Below the pieces are notes generated by a model. That model worked only from the letters and a program-made list of their open reading frames with translations, was not told where the DNA came from and ran no database searches. A stretch of DNA of 64,000 nucleotides from Lytechinus pictus. Its lineage: Eukaryota. Of this stretch, positions 36,100-50,337 are shown in pieces; the first letter of the stretch is position 1; every line of letters begins with the position of its first letter. Position numbers and translations under genes: made by a program. The stretch spans positions 248,001 to 312,000 of the forward strand of contig NC_087245.1 of the NCBI RefSeq assembly GCF_037042905.1. Direction: 5' to 3'.

Positions 36100-36346
36100 T
36101 TGTATTGAATGGATTTTCATCTTTTCAACTTTTATTCCTGATGCCATTAGACTGTGGAATATTCTCCCTGCCATTACAGTTAACTGCACTTCAGTAGCCA
36201 GCTTCAAGGCTGAGATGCAGAAAATCCAATTGCGCTAAGACTGCGCTGACTTTTTTTTTTTTTTTTTTTTTTTTAATTTAATTCTACAAGTACGATGATA
36301 CACCAACCTGGTGGACTGTACTTTAACGGATGATGATGATGATGAT
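36100..36346 (+). mobile_element. CR1/L2 LINE 3' end
   Basis: FIPDAIRLWNILPAITVNCTSVASFKAEM* followed by a 3' UTR ending in (GAT)n. Confidence 0.75.
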
Positions 36347-36379
36347 CTCCATTGACACAGACAAAAGAATCTTGACTAT

Positions 36380-36778
36380 TTCTGCTCGTTTTGCAGCTTT
36401 TCAATTCAGACCTCATCCAACACTTTTGAATCCTGTTCTTTTCGTGATGGCATGATCATGACAAGCATGGTATCATTTAAAGAAAATTAAATGATCTTTT
36501 GAATGATATCAAATATGCATTGTGTAAAATTTGGAGTTGGGAGAAATTAATGGCCAAACTCAGATTTCCAAAACTTTTTTTTGCTCGTTTTGCAGCTTTT
36601 CAATTCAGACCTCATCCAATACTTTTTGAATCTTGCTCTTTTCGTGATGGCATGATCATAACAAGCATGGTATCATTTTAAAGAAAATTAAATGATCTTT
36701 TGAATGATGTCAAATATGCATTGTGTAAAATTGGGATATGGGAGAAATTAATGGCCAAACTCAGATTTCCTAACTTTT
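36380..36778. repeat. 199-bp tandem duplication
   Basis: TGCTCGTTTTGCAGCTTTTCAATTCAGACC at 36383 and 36582. Confidence 0.9.
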
Positions 36779-36824
36779 TATATATATATATATATATAAA
36801 GAAAAGTTGAAAATCCTATTAAAA

Positions 36825-37490
36825 AGTGAACTAAAATGGCAAAGAAAAATCACTTTTTTTTCAAAAGGGGTTAGGTCCACACATAATTTTTTCGGAAAAG
36901 AATATCTTAAAAAATATGAAGACAGGTAGATTTCTCTTATACCCAATTTTATGTTCTCATGGTAGGGTATCATGAAAATTCAGTTTCGCATAAGAATATT
37001 GCAATATGGGAGAATTAAAAAAATTATTTTCTTGGAGTGGACCTAACCCCTTTTGGATCTAAACTCTTCTGAAGAACTCATTTGTCAAAAGGGGTTAGGT
37101 CAATTTTTCATTAATTGTATTGTTTTCTGTCTCTAAACCTCTAAATTCTTTGTCACTCTGATGATACCAAAGACAATTTGAAATTCAAATGAAAACGTGA
37201 ATGAAAGTGGCAAAGAAAAATCACTTTTTTAATCAAAAGAGATTTGATTAATTTCAGTTTACTTGCAAAAGGGGTTAGGTCCACAATGATAATTTTTTTT
37301 TATAAATATATAGAAAAAAATTGAAGACAGGTAGATTTCTTTTATACCCAATTTTATGTTCACATGATAGGGTAGTACATCATGACAATTTAGTTTCTCA
37401 TAAGAATATTGCAATAAGTGAGAATGAAAAACATGGTTTTTCTCGGAATGGTCCAAAGTGGACCTAACCCCTTTTGCAACTAAACTCTTC
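36825..37490. repeat. Duplicated ~200-bp modules bounded by the IR CAAAAGGGGTTAGGTCCAC / GTGGACCTAACCCCTTTTG
   Basis: Modules at ~36862-37055 and ~37266-37477, with a third half-site at ~37086. Confidence 0.8.
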
Positions 37491-40400
37491 ATATATATAT
37501 AATATAAAGTATACGTTTATTTCTCAGAATACATGGGGCTATTTTTTTCTTTCTGACGCCCAGAGGGAGGGGGTTGAACACAAAGATAGAGCATGTCAAT
37601 TAAAGTTAGATAACCTAAGACCACATGCATTCACTTTTTTTCAAATCAACTTTCTCATTTTCTTTCAGACTATCACATTGTTTTCCTTTAACCCGACATG
37701 ACAGGGGGCGCAGAATCGGGAACTTGGGGCAGCCCCCCCCTCCCCCGTTTACAAAAACGTAAAAATTATCATCTGATTTTGATTTTTGCATAGTCAGCCC
37801 TCCGCTGCCCCCTCCCTATTTTCAAAACCGCTCTTAGGCCCCTGTAAGCACATTCTTTAGACGAGATATTGGTCTCCTCACTGTACCAGATAGCTCAACC
37901 GTTAGAAAACAATACTTATAGGCTTCTAAAACATAGTTACAATGTTTGAGAGAAAAAAACAGTTTTGTTACTTACAATCTATTGTTAGTGGGCAGCCGGA
38001 GAAAGAAACAATTTCATTTTATTGCTTATCAGCGTTTAACTGCCGTGCATAAAGGCATTTAAGTTTTGCGTATGGTGCAACTGTTCTAAAGTTTCATGAC
38101 CCAGCGAAGCGAGCGAGCATTTTATTATTTTTTTTACCATTTTCAATATGAAAAGCTATGTATACATGTATAATCATATTTTATTCTTACTCCTGTCCTT
38201 TTCTTTCATTTTCCCCTCTTGGTCATGGAACTCTTGGCAAGCCCCCGGTGCAAGCCATGGCACCAAGCCACCCCTCCCCCCCAACAACAAAAAATACGCT
38301 GTCATAATTATCCATACATGTATATATACGCACTAGCTTTTAGAAATTAATATCAATGGAAGGTAGATAAAATTTCCCTTATTTTGATAGGCAATTTATA
38401 GGGGGTTATGTTGGCTAGGAAATAGTCAAATATTGGACCAAAATGATAGAATAAACGATGTAGACAAGCAATTGGATAGGCTGATGATAATTATTGTCAA
38501 ATGAATCATCGCAAAGTGTTATATTGTTATCCTCCCGCATGACCACATCACAATTGTTCGAGGAAATACGCGTAGGCTCCATAATTATAAATCGAAAAAG
38601 TGTATTCATTTTTGGTGGATATATTATATGAAAGATATAATTATCTCTCGGATGAAACATGTCATATGACAAGAGTGAATAAGAGTCAATCTGATAAACG
38701 ATTCGTATCCTCTCTGTGTATGATTATAACCGTTGTAAACTGGCCGAGCTTTGAAGTCAACGATGTACGCGAGAATCCCTAGCAACGTTTAACCTAACGA
38801 CATACATTCTAACACATCTTTCATTGTCTCTCTCCATCTCTCCAACTCTCCACTCCTCTCTCACTCTCTTTCTGAGACTCTTCTTGTTCGCTCTGTACTT
38901 CTAAAACAACCATCGTAGCGGGGAAAGTCTCATGCTGGCGGGTGGCCTGTCTTTTATATTTCAACCAGAAGTAAATAGACATCATTATTGCAGCTACACA
39001 ATTATCATGTTCATCCTGATTCAGTGATAAAATAGAATCACTTTCATCGAAACAGTGTGTTACACAGGATAACCAAAGGTCATAGTTTCCCCTTGTGTTT
39101 GGACCCCATAGACTCGCGTACTATCCTCACAGTATACAACGGGCAATTCTCCGTTCATTTCGGATCTCCATTTGGTTAGCTCTCCGGGTGAGTAATACAT
39201 AAGCTACACTACATACATTATCAGCTTGAACTCAATGGCATTCTTATTCATGCACTTGCCAGCGAAAAAGCATCGGGTTAGAATCATTGAGGGTTCAAGA
39301 TAGAATGATGCCAATCTGATTATTTACCAGCGGTATATGTATCTCATATTTTATCATGGATGTAAAAACGCTTTTATCATGAAGTTGGTATTTTTTCTAT
39401 CGGTGAAGTGTGACTGTTGACGAGATAAGATAAGATGATATGAGATTCATGTACTTGGCTACAAATTCGTGGTAAGCAGGCCCGGTGCGAAAGCCCCCCT
39501 CCCCACAAAAAGAGAGAAGATAGAGGAAGAGAAACAAATCTATATAAACAGTTTTTTAACTACTGACCATTAATTTTGTTATATTAGGGTTTTTTTCTCT
39601 TTGTTTTTTTTTCATGAAAGAATGCTCTCTCCATAGTTGACCTCTTCTTTCTTTCTTTTTTTAAATTTATTTTTGGCACGAACTACCCCCTCCATAATAA
39701 GCTTGTCTGGTTCGGAGAAGATAAGATTGAAATGATTCTATCGACTACTAACATGGGGTATGAAAGTTCAAACAGTTGCATATGATTCTAAAGACTATCA
39801 CCTATTCATGTATAAGAGTGTGTAGAAATATGAACAATTCGAAATTTTGATTGTTTTGTGCTTTGCATGTTGGATGAAGGATCCAAAATATTGATACAGT
39901 CATTGTCCGATATGAAATGTCAACACGTGACTCTCCTACCATTTTACTATGGAATAATAAAATGATTTTCATTCTTGTATTCCATTTTTGATATTTTTAT
40001 TGTTATAATCTAATGTTATTATTGTTATTCATTTTGGTTTCATTATGAAAGGGAGAAAGAATATGAGAAAGAGAATAAACCGCTACTTTTTAGATGATAA
40101 TCCGCAAATGAAAAATTTTACCAAATTCTTTGAAGAGATTGTTATGGAGAGTGAATACTTCTTGTATTGGTCGGATGATCTTTTTTTTCAAAAAAGTTAG
40201 ATTTTATTTCAACATCAGTGTAGTACAGGGTAAATGAGAGATAAATTCTATTCCACCTTTACTCTTGTTTAAATACAAATTGATACATTCATATTTCAGC
40301 AATCTTTCACCAATTAGAACTGATGTCATGCTTTCGCCCAAGTTTACATAATAATATTTGCAGTATTGTGAAGTGAAAAGAAATGTTTATGCATCGTTAC

Positions 40401-40859
40401 TTTTCTGCATTTGTGATAGAGCCTACATGTCAGGTTTGCTAAAGATAATGTATCTGACAGTCGAAATGGTTTCAAGAATTTATAATAAAAAAAAACACTA
40501 TCAGAAAGAGTGCATGATAAACATGGTTGTGAAAGAGTTAAGCCTTTTTATGTTTTTTTTTTTTTTGGGGGGGGGGGTGCTTTGTATGCAAAACTTTAGG
40601 AGCTTTTGAAATATCAGCTACTTTAAATGGTGGTCACGCAAACCCCGGCATGTCCAGCCATGTAAATAATGCAGTATAATATTTATGGGTTGAATTTATA
40701 ATTGAAAATGTCCAAATTAAGAGTATAATGCAATACCATTTTTTGGGGTCGTTTTTTTATTAGCACAATGTTGCCTTACATTATATCTTTTATCAAAATT
40801 TTCATCATTATCATCATCATCATCATCATCAATCGTCATATAACAGTCCTTGTTATCGT

Positions 40860-41020
40860 GGAGGTACCGTGGTTGAGTGAGTTTAGATGACTGAATCGGT
40901 ACACAATGAATGTTTGGGATCCGATTCCCGACATGGCACCTTTGTCCATGAGCAAGGCATTTATTCATCTTTGTTCTTTTATCGCATATCGAAATAAATT
41001 CAAATGTTATAAGCATTCTT
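40860..41020 (+). mobile_element. Degenerate tRNA-derived SINE (same family as ~50600-50710 and 61558-61700)
   Basis: CCGTGGTTGAGTG...CGATTCCCG...CATGAGCAAGGCATTT. Confidence 0.55.
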
Positions 41021-42570
41021 AGTCACACTGTTTGTACTTGTTAAAAAATCACTTATGTCAACTTTAGTTAATAATTAACGAGAAAGAAGTATGACCACAT
41101 TGATAAACCATATCCATTAAATTATAAGCATTTCAAATTAGCACAAGGCTAACAAAAACATCTGATCGTTGTATGTTTATGTGGGTTTTTTTTAAATAAA
41201 ATCACTCCGATAAATTGGTTTCTCGTTTTGTCAACCTATTTACATAGAGAGAAAGAGAGAGAGAGAGATAGAAGGGGGACAGACAGACACAGAGAAAAAA
41301 CAGATAAGGGGTCTGCAAGAGTGAGGGGATGTTGAACAGAAATAAAACATTGTACACCGACAGCTCATGCTAGTTCGTAGTTCCACTCTGCGCATGATCA
41401 GAAGATTCTGCGCATTATCAGAATGAAGGTCATTGGTACCAAAGTGACATAGTGGATTAAAATTTAATGAGATAAGCACCAAATTCGATGTCTTGATTAT
41501 TCATAATTCTTTTGAATTGTGTTTTTCATTTACATCCACAAAAAATAACAATGCATCCACGAGCGATTGGTATTTCACAGTTTGCCAAGTAGGCCCTCCA
41601 ATTGTAAAACATGTTCGAATATGCATTCAAAGTAGATGTGCAACAAATACCTTCATAGAGTGTTTGTTCATTGGTGTGCTATTCTAGTCACTCGGTCTAG
41701 TCTATTCAATTTATTCATCCTGCTATGTAAGGCATGCTTACGTAATATCTTGCTTTGAAATCTGCCTATCACAATGAAAGAAATGAAAGGCCATTTTACC
41801 AAAATTGCCCATGAAGTAACTACGAACTGGTCTATTTAACCGAAGAAGGAAAAATAATCCCTGCTAGCATTTTAAAACACAAATGAAAATTAACAAACAC
41901 CATCAGATCTGCAGGGGTTGATTTTCCATTTCTAAAAATCATTTCGGTAACTGAAGAAAGTTCTCGAGAGGGAATGTTTATTTGTTTTAACATATAAGCA
42001 AACGAAATATTTACAATTTATTCAGCATTACATTCCATTCGGTCATACATTTCTTTTCGAAAGGGAATATATCTGATTGAAAAATGTATGAGGTTTTGGT
42101 ATCATAAACAATCAACAAATCACGACCTCGGTTCATGATATTTAATATTGATAGTTTGCTCTGCGACCATGACACTGAATATGTCACTCATTTTTTTCTT
42201 AGAAAAAAATTAAAACATATATTTTTATATACATGTATATCAGTTTCATCTATCAGTATCACAAACGTATAGGCATCACCACCTCCACTACCAGCACCCA
42301 TGCCAATGTGATGCAGTGTTTCTTGTGTAAAATATCAAGATTTTCATTCATTTTGCAATGAGTTTCAAACTTTCAAATACAATATGATCCTTTGAAATCT
42401 GATATCTTTCTAATAATGAGTGGTTCACATTTTATTATTGTTAAAGGGGAAATTCACACTGACAAAAAGTTTATAGAAGAAATAGCATGAAAATAATTAA
42501 CCTCGGCCTCGTCAGATCAAAAGACGTAAAAATGGGAGTTGCTGCTACTTTGTTTGGCGTTAAACATTGA

Positions 42571-43161
42571 AGGGGTGCTCTGGGCTGAGAATATTTATAT
42601 CTAAATAAATAGAGTGAAATTAACAGCGCAAAATGCTGAAAATTTCATCAAAATTGGATTACAAATAATGAAGATATTGAATTTTAAAGTTTAGCAATAT
42701 TTTGTGAAAACAGTTATATGCACGTCGTCATGAATATTCATTAGGTTGGCTGATGATTTCACATTCCCACATTCCTTTTTTATGTTATTACATGAAATCA
42801 TAATTGTTTAATTCTTTCATACGTGTGTAAATGATGTGTCTCCATTATGATGAAATAGTTGCAGCAATAAATAACTAATGCACTTAATCAGTTGTCGATC
42901 CAATTGTTATAGTTCTTTGTATAACTTTTGAGTAAACCTTATTTCATATAATAAAAAAAAAAAAAAAAAATGGGGATATGACATCATCAGCTCACCTAAT
43001 GAATATTAATGAAGATATGCCTAGAACTGTTTCACCGGAATAATGCAAATTTTTAAATTTAATACCTTCGTTATTTGTTATCCAATTTTTATCATATTTT
43101 CAGCATTTTGCTTTGTGACTTTTACTCACAAATATAAATATCTTCTGCCTGGAGCATTCTG
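42571..43161. mobile_element. Kolobok-like MITE
   Basis: AGGGGTGCTCTGGGCTGA ... TCTGCCTGGAGCATTCTG|TTAA; similar to the inverse of 61947-62672. Confidence 0.75.
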
Positions 43162-45408
43162 TTAAAAACAATATAGACCCTCGTCAATCTTGCGTTGTAC
43201 AGTGGCTGCCGGGCCCACAATCAATTGGGCAAAATTGATATTCAGAATATTTTTTATTTCAAAAAATAAAATATGGTCGTATTTCATGAGTTGGGTATGC
43301 AAAAAGGGTGGCGGATGAACAATATTTTCCACACGGTGCCATGGATAAATTGTTGCTACATCACAGCATCTTGACCAAATTTATTGAGTAAGATCTCATT
43401 TTGAAGCTAGAACTATAGGCTAAATATATTACTATAAATCAGATCAATACAATATCAGGAACAAAAACTATAGCACATTAGGTTTGAAGTAACAGGGGTG
43501 GCGGAGCCGGTGGATGCGGTAAATGATAAAATGTTAATTAAACTTAATTAACAACTTAATATAATATGTAATATGACTGTCAGCCTCATATTTCTAGGCA
43601 GTTTAAAAGCAGGAAACAACTAAATGTTATAAAATTTGAAAATTTTGAAAATATGTAGGAATAAAATACAACCTAATCAATGAGTAAACTGGAGAAATTT
43701 GGTTAATTATCTAATTTGTAAACTTAATTTTTATTACAAAAGTTGTGTATCATTGCAACAAACATTTCTACCCATTGTGGTCATTTTGCCAAGCATATAA
43801 ATAGTGACAGGCATTTTGGGGGGCAAAAATGTGAAATTAAATATTGCTACATTGTAATTAATTAGTGTAATTAATATGCATTCAGTAACAGATAATTATT
43901 TGATTTTTGTTACAGATTTAATTATTGTTGTTTAATAAGACTGCAAAATACTAGGGTGATCCAATGTTGCATTAACTTTTGACACCATTTTATGTGCAGC
44001 AGGTCCAATTTGAGAAAAACACATTCCAAAATTCATATTTACATTGACGTCTATCATCTGATCATGTAATAATTAGCTGTTAATCATTCATTTTAAGGAA
44101 AATAAAGGTATTTGAGACTTAAAACTTTGTTATTATTTGCAGAATGGTAATGCCTATAACATATATAAAAAAATAATTTTTTGACCATTTTAACCCTGTT
44201 CGCGAAATTGGACCACCTTATGACATGCAACCATATGAATTTTCATTTTTTTTCAAATTTTTCATATCTTATAAATATTTAGGAATCACAAGTGTAACAG
44301 TTTATATGCTATGCAATTTTAAGTCTCTGCAATTTATGAATTAAATTAGATTTTTTATATTTAATATATATTTATTGTCCTCCAAACTTTGTGTAAACAT
44401 AATGGTACACGTAAATGTCCTTCTCCAATATTCTTATTTGAAATGTATTATGTTTGAGAATTCATGTAAGCATGCCATATTCAGCCTTCTTGCTGCCATA
44501 CGTATATGCAATGCAGTTGTGAAATAAATGCATGATTTAATTTGTTTTTACTGTGTTAATTATTTTTCCTTCGTTCCTGATGATAGTGCAATATTGCCAT
44601 TGATTTTACAAACCTTATTTTCTCAAAAAAATAGAAAAGCTTCATTACAAGCATATGTTTTGGAACTTGAATTGACCACCATCTATAAAGGTACGTGCAT
44701 GAAATATATCATGCTTGATTAAAGTCTGTCTTAGGCATTTAGCATCCCTCACATCGGTTGCAATGACATTGCTGAAGGACGTTAAACCACGTCTATCATA
44801 TTTATTATAGTCATACTTTACACATGGTTTCACTTTTCAACCACAAGTTCTCATTTAATTCCATATTAATGTAAAAGTACTCTTGATGTGTTTTCATATA
44901 AGCAATGAAGGGAAAGTAACGCTTAGCTAAAACTTAAAGCTGATTGAAATAACAAATTTTACAGTTTGATCGATCATGAAATTGGCAAATGTGAAATGTG
45001 AATTAGGGTCTACATAATATCGACACTTATATTAATTTAAATGATAGACCTACATCGTGAAGAAATCCGTAATTGCAAAGAAGATTTCCCTTGCCTTTTG
45101 AAATTTGTAAGAAAGTATTACTAGTATATGACGTATATATTATTGATACACCCATACCACCGATACGACGCCATCTTGTTACGTCGATAAAATGCATCAT
45201 GCATGTGCAAGACTGAACTCTTTACTAGTCCCGATGGATTTTTTATATTGCAAATTGGTATACATGTAGAGTTGCCTGTTCAGTTTGATACAAGAAAAGA
45301 TATTACACAAATGTACAATCAAAAGTTTCACTAAAATCACTGGTCTTCCACAGCGCTCTGTATTATTATCTCCATACATAAAAAAAACACAATTAATAAC
45401 AAGAAGAA

Positions 45409-45566
45409 CAGGGGCCGCGGAACGGTTTTCAAAGTGGGGGGGGGGGGGGGGCTGACCATGCAAAAAATCAAATCATATGGTAATTTTTACGTTTTTGTAC
45501 ACGGTTTTGGAAAAAAGTGGGGGGCTGAAGCCCCCCAACCCCCCCCCCCCGCTTCCGCGGCCCCTG
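45409..45566. mobile_element. 158-bp MITE with 5-bp TSD (hAT5-like)
   Basis: TIR CAGGGGCCGCGGAA / TTCCGCGGCCCCTG with TSD AAGAA; a near-identical copy is at 63311. Confidence 0.9.
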
Positions 45567-46154
45567 AAGAAAACTAAAACATTTCATTACAAGAATCACC
45601 AAAACAAAACACAAGAAAAGAAGAGATTACTTCTCAAAATTAAATTAGCAAAAGAAAATGGTAAGAGAGAGATTGAGAGATGGGGGAGAAAGAGAGATAA
45701 CAAATGCGGGGGTGGGAGGGAGAGAGATAGTTAAAGATTGAAGAAAAAATTATATAATCTCTGACTAGTCAATATGTATAGCCATTGATCAGGTTAATAC
45801 TTTATTTCAATTATTCTTCCCAATAAACTTACAGATTTTGATATTAGTAAACAAAATGATAGAAGGCAATGATTGTTAACAGTGATGTATTGGAATAACT
45901 TGGCCAAGTGATATCTGAATTTCTTTTGGAAATTTAAATCATTTTGATTCACAAGTTAGATATGGAAAATACGGTTTGGGATGGATTGAACAAAATACTT
46001 CGCAACATGTATACAATAGGTATAAAATACATGTATGAACATCAGGTGGATTGCATTATTCTTTTTATGTTTCATGAATATGTTTGATTAGTACACTGAT
46101 GCAACTACCTATGTAATCAAAGACAGATTAATTCCAGATGAAGTTGTCTATATA

Positions 46155-46199
46155 CACACTTAAAATGTTGGGCACTGTGTGTTGGGTAATGTATGTTGG

Positions 46200-46259
<60 letters not shown>

Positions 46260-46414
46260 TTGGCAATTATTATCCCATTGAACAAATTTATTACCCAATT
46301 ATAAGTTTTTATTACCCAATTTTGGCAGATTTTAACCAATACTTGTGAGGACAGTACGTTGCCCAGGGTTAGTTAAAAGTGGGGCATTTTTTTTGCCCAA
46401 CTATTTTAAGAGTG
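46155..46414. mobile_element. CACTA/EnSpm-like MITE containing (TA)n
   Basis: CACACTTAAAA / TTTTAAGAGTG termini, with internal TTGGG/CCCAA subterminal motifs. Confidence 0.6.
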
Positions 46415-47019
46415 TCTATATGTTATTATTATTTATATATTTTTTTTTTTGGGGGGGGGCTTGGTCTTTGAAAATAAAAAATATCTTAATTTTAAAAACA
46501 TAAAAGGAACAAAGATGTCAGGATTTTGATTTAATGTGAGCTTCCTTTTTCGGTATGGTCATTCTATTGACAATGTAATTATTTAATGAGTTAAATAACG
46601 AGTTTAAACTCACGAGTTTACTCAGAAGAAATTAGTAGTGCATTTATCCTTACTGGAAATCTCCCTTAGATGTATGAATAATAGTATATTAATGTTGTTT
46701 TTAAATATTTTTATTTAATTATTGTATGATTTATTTCATTGTATAACAAATTTTAGCCATGCAGTCCATACATCTGTAGGTCTAAATGTTAAAAGTGGCT
46801 AAGGTGCGTTGCTACTGATATCCTTTTTATTCAAGTGATATTTGCTCTTCTTCATCCGTCGGTCGATGTATTTCATTTATTTTAACTACATAGCATTATG
46901 CAGCTGATGCTGTGTAGATCGATGCGGTGGGTTTGTTTAATCCAAACATCTCTGCAAACGTTCACTCTCTACATGCTCTATCTTACCACACAAAGATCAA
47001 ACATCCATTTACTTATAAG

Positions 47020-47180
47020 GATGATGGTGATCATGATGGTGATGATGGTGATGATGATGATGTCAGCCGGACGATAATGATGTCAGATGATAATGATGAT
47101 GATGATAATGATGGTGGTGGTGGTGGTGGTGGTGATGATGATTATATTAGTGACGGTGATGTTGGTAATGATGATCATGT
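47020..47180. repeat. (GAT/GGT)n low-complexity repeat
   Basis: Seen directly. Confidence 0.9.
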
Positions 47181-48279
47181 AATGTGTTTTTGTTTGTGTG
47201 AGGGTAGGTGAGTGTGGATGTTGGGGGAGGGCCGGTGTACTATAGTCAACGAGTATTTGACTCGGTCTCTTCACATTTAGGGGCTCTTTTTAAATTATAT
47301 TTGCAATAAATTAGGATATAATCAAAGTAAGGTATCCAAGATTCTCCCTGAGATATCTTGTTCCGACTGATGTCATTTCGCCAATCTCCGGATTAACTAT
47401 GGATGAGCATGAGCTTGAACTTGTTATTTGAATTAATTTAGACCCATATCCACACTGCACTCGAAGTATCACAAAGATGATGAAGTAATGACAAAGGACC
47501 TAAGAACCCTGCTTCATCTCATTTCATCATAATTGGTTAGACAAAGGTCAGTAGATTGCTAATTATCAGCAAGGAAAATTATAAAAATATTATGAGTTAC
47601 CACCCGTTATGCACCGTAATCGGTCTAAATAATGAAAAGCAAATGAATTTCGTCATTTCAGTTAGATGACACATAACCAGGTTCGGGTATGATTATAGAA
47701 AATCAGTTTCGAGGATCCTAACTTTAGGTGTAAGTCATAAAAATATAGAAGAATAAAGAGTCATCATATTCCCCCATATATTATTGTTGAGTTCAAGTAT
47801 TTGTTATTATTATGGTTATTATTGTTGTTGTTGGGTTTAATTTTTTCTTTGAATGAGAAGAGGGAGAATGGTATTTAAACAATACCCCCGCCCATTTTCT
47901 GACTGTTATTATACTTGTTCGAGCCTGTGCTTTGTTATATTACAACACTTTGAGCCCATTTTATGCGTCTGTAATGAGGTGAGATCGACTAATCAATATT
48001 TGTCGATAAGCGTGTATTTAAAGCTCGTTTTGAACGTGTTCCATCGTCTTCTTAAAGAATCATGATCACTTTAGGGTGTAAAAGAAAGATTCTTCTCGAC
48101 CCCTCTCTAATTCGCCCTTTCTCCTAAATATCTTCTTTATACATGCCACCCCGCATGCCATTAGGGGCTGGGGAGGTATTCAGGCCCGTATACATGATAT
48201 AGGGATGGGTGAGGTTGAATTCAGGTAATTGGATTGCTCTCTCATCTTGCCCTATAAAGGTCAGTCCCAACCGGCCATA

Positions 48280-50337
48280 GGGGAAGGCGGGGTAAGTTGA
48301 GCATAGGGGCAAGTTGAGCCACCACCCCCAGGCCAATAATGAATGAGTCAGACATTGTGGTTGGGTCATGACAATGACCCATTGGCCATTACATAACCTT
48401 TATCCCTACCACATTGTTTTCAACTTTGAAACAAAAAGTACTTTTTTAGAGGGAAAAATATAAATTTCAGCCAAAAAGTAAAAAAAAAAGGTGTGAAATA
48501 GATCAGTGCTTTTTACCCACACACATCTTTAAATATAATAAAGAAATACGAACAATGTTGTTAGCCCAGGTATGGATTGTAATTTTTGTCATATTCTTTT
48601 ACATGGTGGATGCATAAGAAATGTGTGGATGTGAAAATATCGCATAAGTTCGGATTGGAGTAATTAGAGCCAGCCAACATGGGGCAAGTTGAGCCATGGT
48701 AATTCTTATGGTAATGTATAATTAAAAAAAAACTTAAAAAGTCATTGATATGCAGGCAGAAAGGAGCAAATTTACATGACAGTTCTTTTACTTTTCGAGG
48801 ATGTTAGTATTTATAGAGAATTAGCAAGTGAAGAGACTTTAAATGAAAATTTGACATGCTGGTTCTTCCTGCATACATTTTGTACATATCTTTTGTGGCT
48901 CAACTTGCCCCAGAAGGTGGCACAACTGACCCCACAGATGGGGCAAGTTGAGCCAATTGACATCGTTCTTTTCAAAGGTGACAATTGGGACCTTTCGCAA
49001 TCCTCACGGACGCTAATATTAGGGTCCCCTAACACAAAAGTTAACGCTTAATCATACACTTGATTTTTAAGATTGAATGTGCATTATAGTCAATAGAATC
49101 AAACGTAGAAAACTGCTCTACAATCAATGCTAAACTTTGTGTTACAGGGGGGTTACAGGCCCTACAGATCTGCTTTTCGTGTGCAAAATCCTTTTCTGCG
49201 ACACTCGCACCATACATAGCATGTATATTACGACTGATGGTTTGAGATATTCGAAATGAAGACCTAAAATAGATTATGACATGGATAAGAAAGTGGTTTT
49301 TCAAACAAATCGAGTACATATTGAGTGAGGAAAAACTTACTGAATGAAGGCTTAGATATAGATCATTACAGTCCATCGAATCGATATTACATTTAATGTG
49401 GATTATTGGTGTATCACTGGCAATTGATTTCATGGGTCAGATCAACCTCTCCAGCCGAACATTTCGCGTGAGTTGATATGTGCACACCATTATGTAATAC
49501 ATTTGAACTCGTTTCTTTTTGTTTCTTTTGTTTATTCCTTCTACACAAACGATATGCCTCTCGCACACGATGTAATGGGCATTATGTTTTACTTCCCCCA
49601 GAAATGGGGATTAGATTCAAATTCCGGGGGGACCACTTCCATTAATGAGTGGATACCAGGCACGACCATGGGGTTTCGAAAAATACCCTAAACAAGCTGG
49701 GAAGTAATTCTTTTCCAGATTATGAAAATGCATCTCTTAACAAGAATTTGGCTTGTGAAACCCTACAAGTATTGGATATCCCTTTTTTGTCAGCATTTTA
49801 AACATCGTTTTGACACCCTTATAACGTTACATAGGCCTATACGTAACGTACCTGCCCACTCTGTCCCCTTTTACGCGTGGTCGCTCCTGGGATCCACTAA
49901 TCAATGGAAGTGGGCCCCCCGGGCGGCCTCTCGAGCTCTAGGAGGAGTCAAATGTGGCTTTGGAAAGTCGTCCTCAATGAGATATATCGCTGTTACCATA
50001 GTAGCAACCAAAATTTTGCACACGAAACGCATATTGAATGTTTCCGTCGCAGAAAAAAAAAAAATCTCATGTCACACAATTTGCATTGCAGGACGACCAT
50101 GATGACGGGCCCAAAAAGTCTCTTCCAAAATCAAGTAACGTCGTAAATAAGCGTGCGCGTCCTCAAACGAAAGGTCCGGAATGACTTTCAGTGTGGGGGT
50201 AGAAAGTTATTTATAGGTGAAAAATATTTCCTAAGAATTGAATTTAAAGGCAAGGTACTAATTTCTACAAGATTATTATTCATATCAATTCTGACATGCA
50301 AAATGCAAAAAGTGTCACAACTTACCCCGCCTTCCCC
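48280..50337. mobile_element. pogo/Tc1-like MITE interrupted by a composite element
   Basis: TA|GGGGAAGGCGGGGTAAGTTG ... CAACTTACCCCGCCTTCCCC, with internal GGGGCAAGTTGAGC repeats. Confidence 0.8.
48986..50180 (+). mobile_element. Composite non-autonomous DNA element, copy 1 (outer TIR GACCTTTCG/CGAAAGGTC, AT flanks, nested MITEs)
   Basis: Collinear with 57828-58993 and the inverse of 55297-56097. Contains a CCGGGG-type MITE at ~49624-49923. Confidence 0.8.

Noticed and set aside
46927..47274. Asp/Gly-rich ORF
   Set aside because: It is a (GAT/GGT)n low-complexity repeat with no supporting homology.
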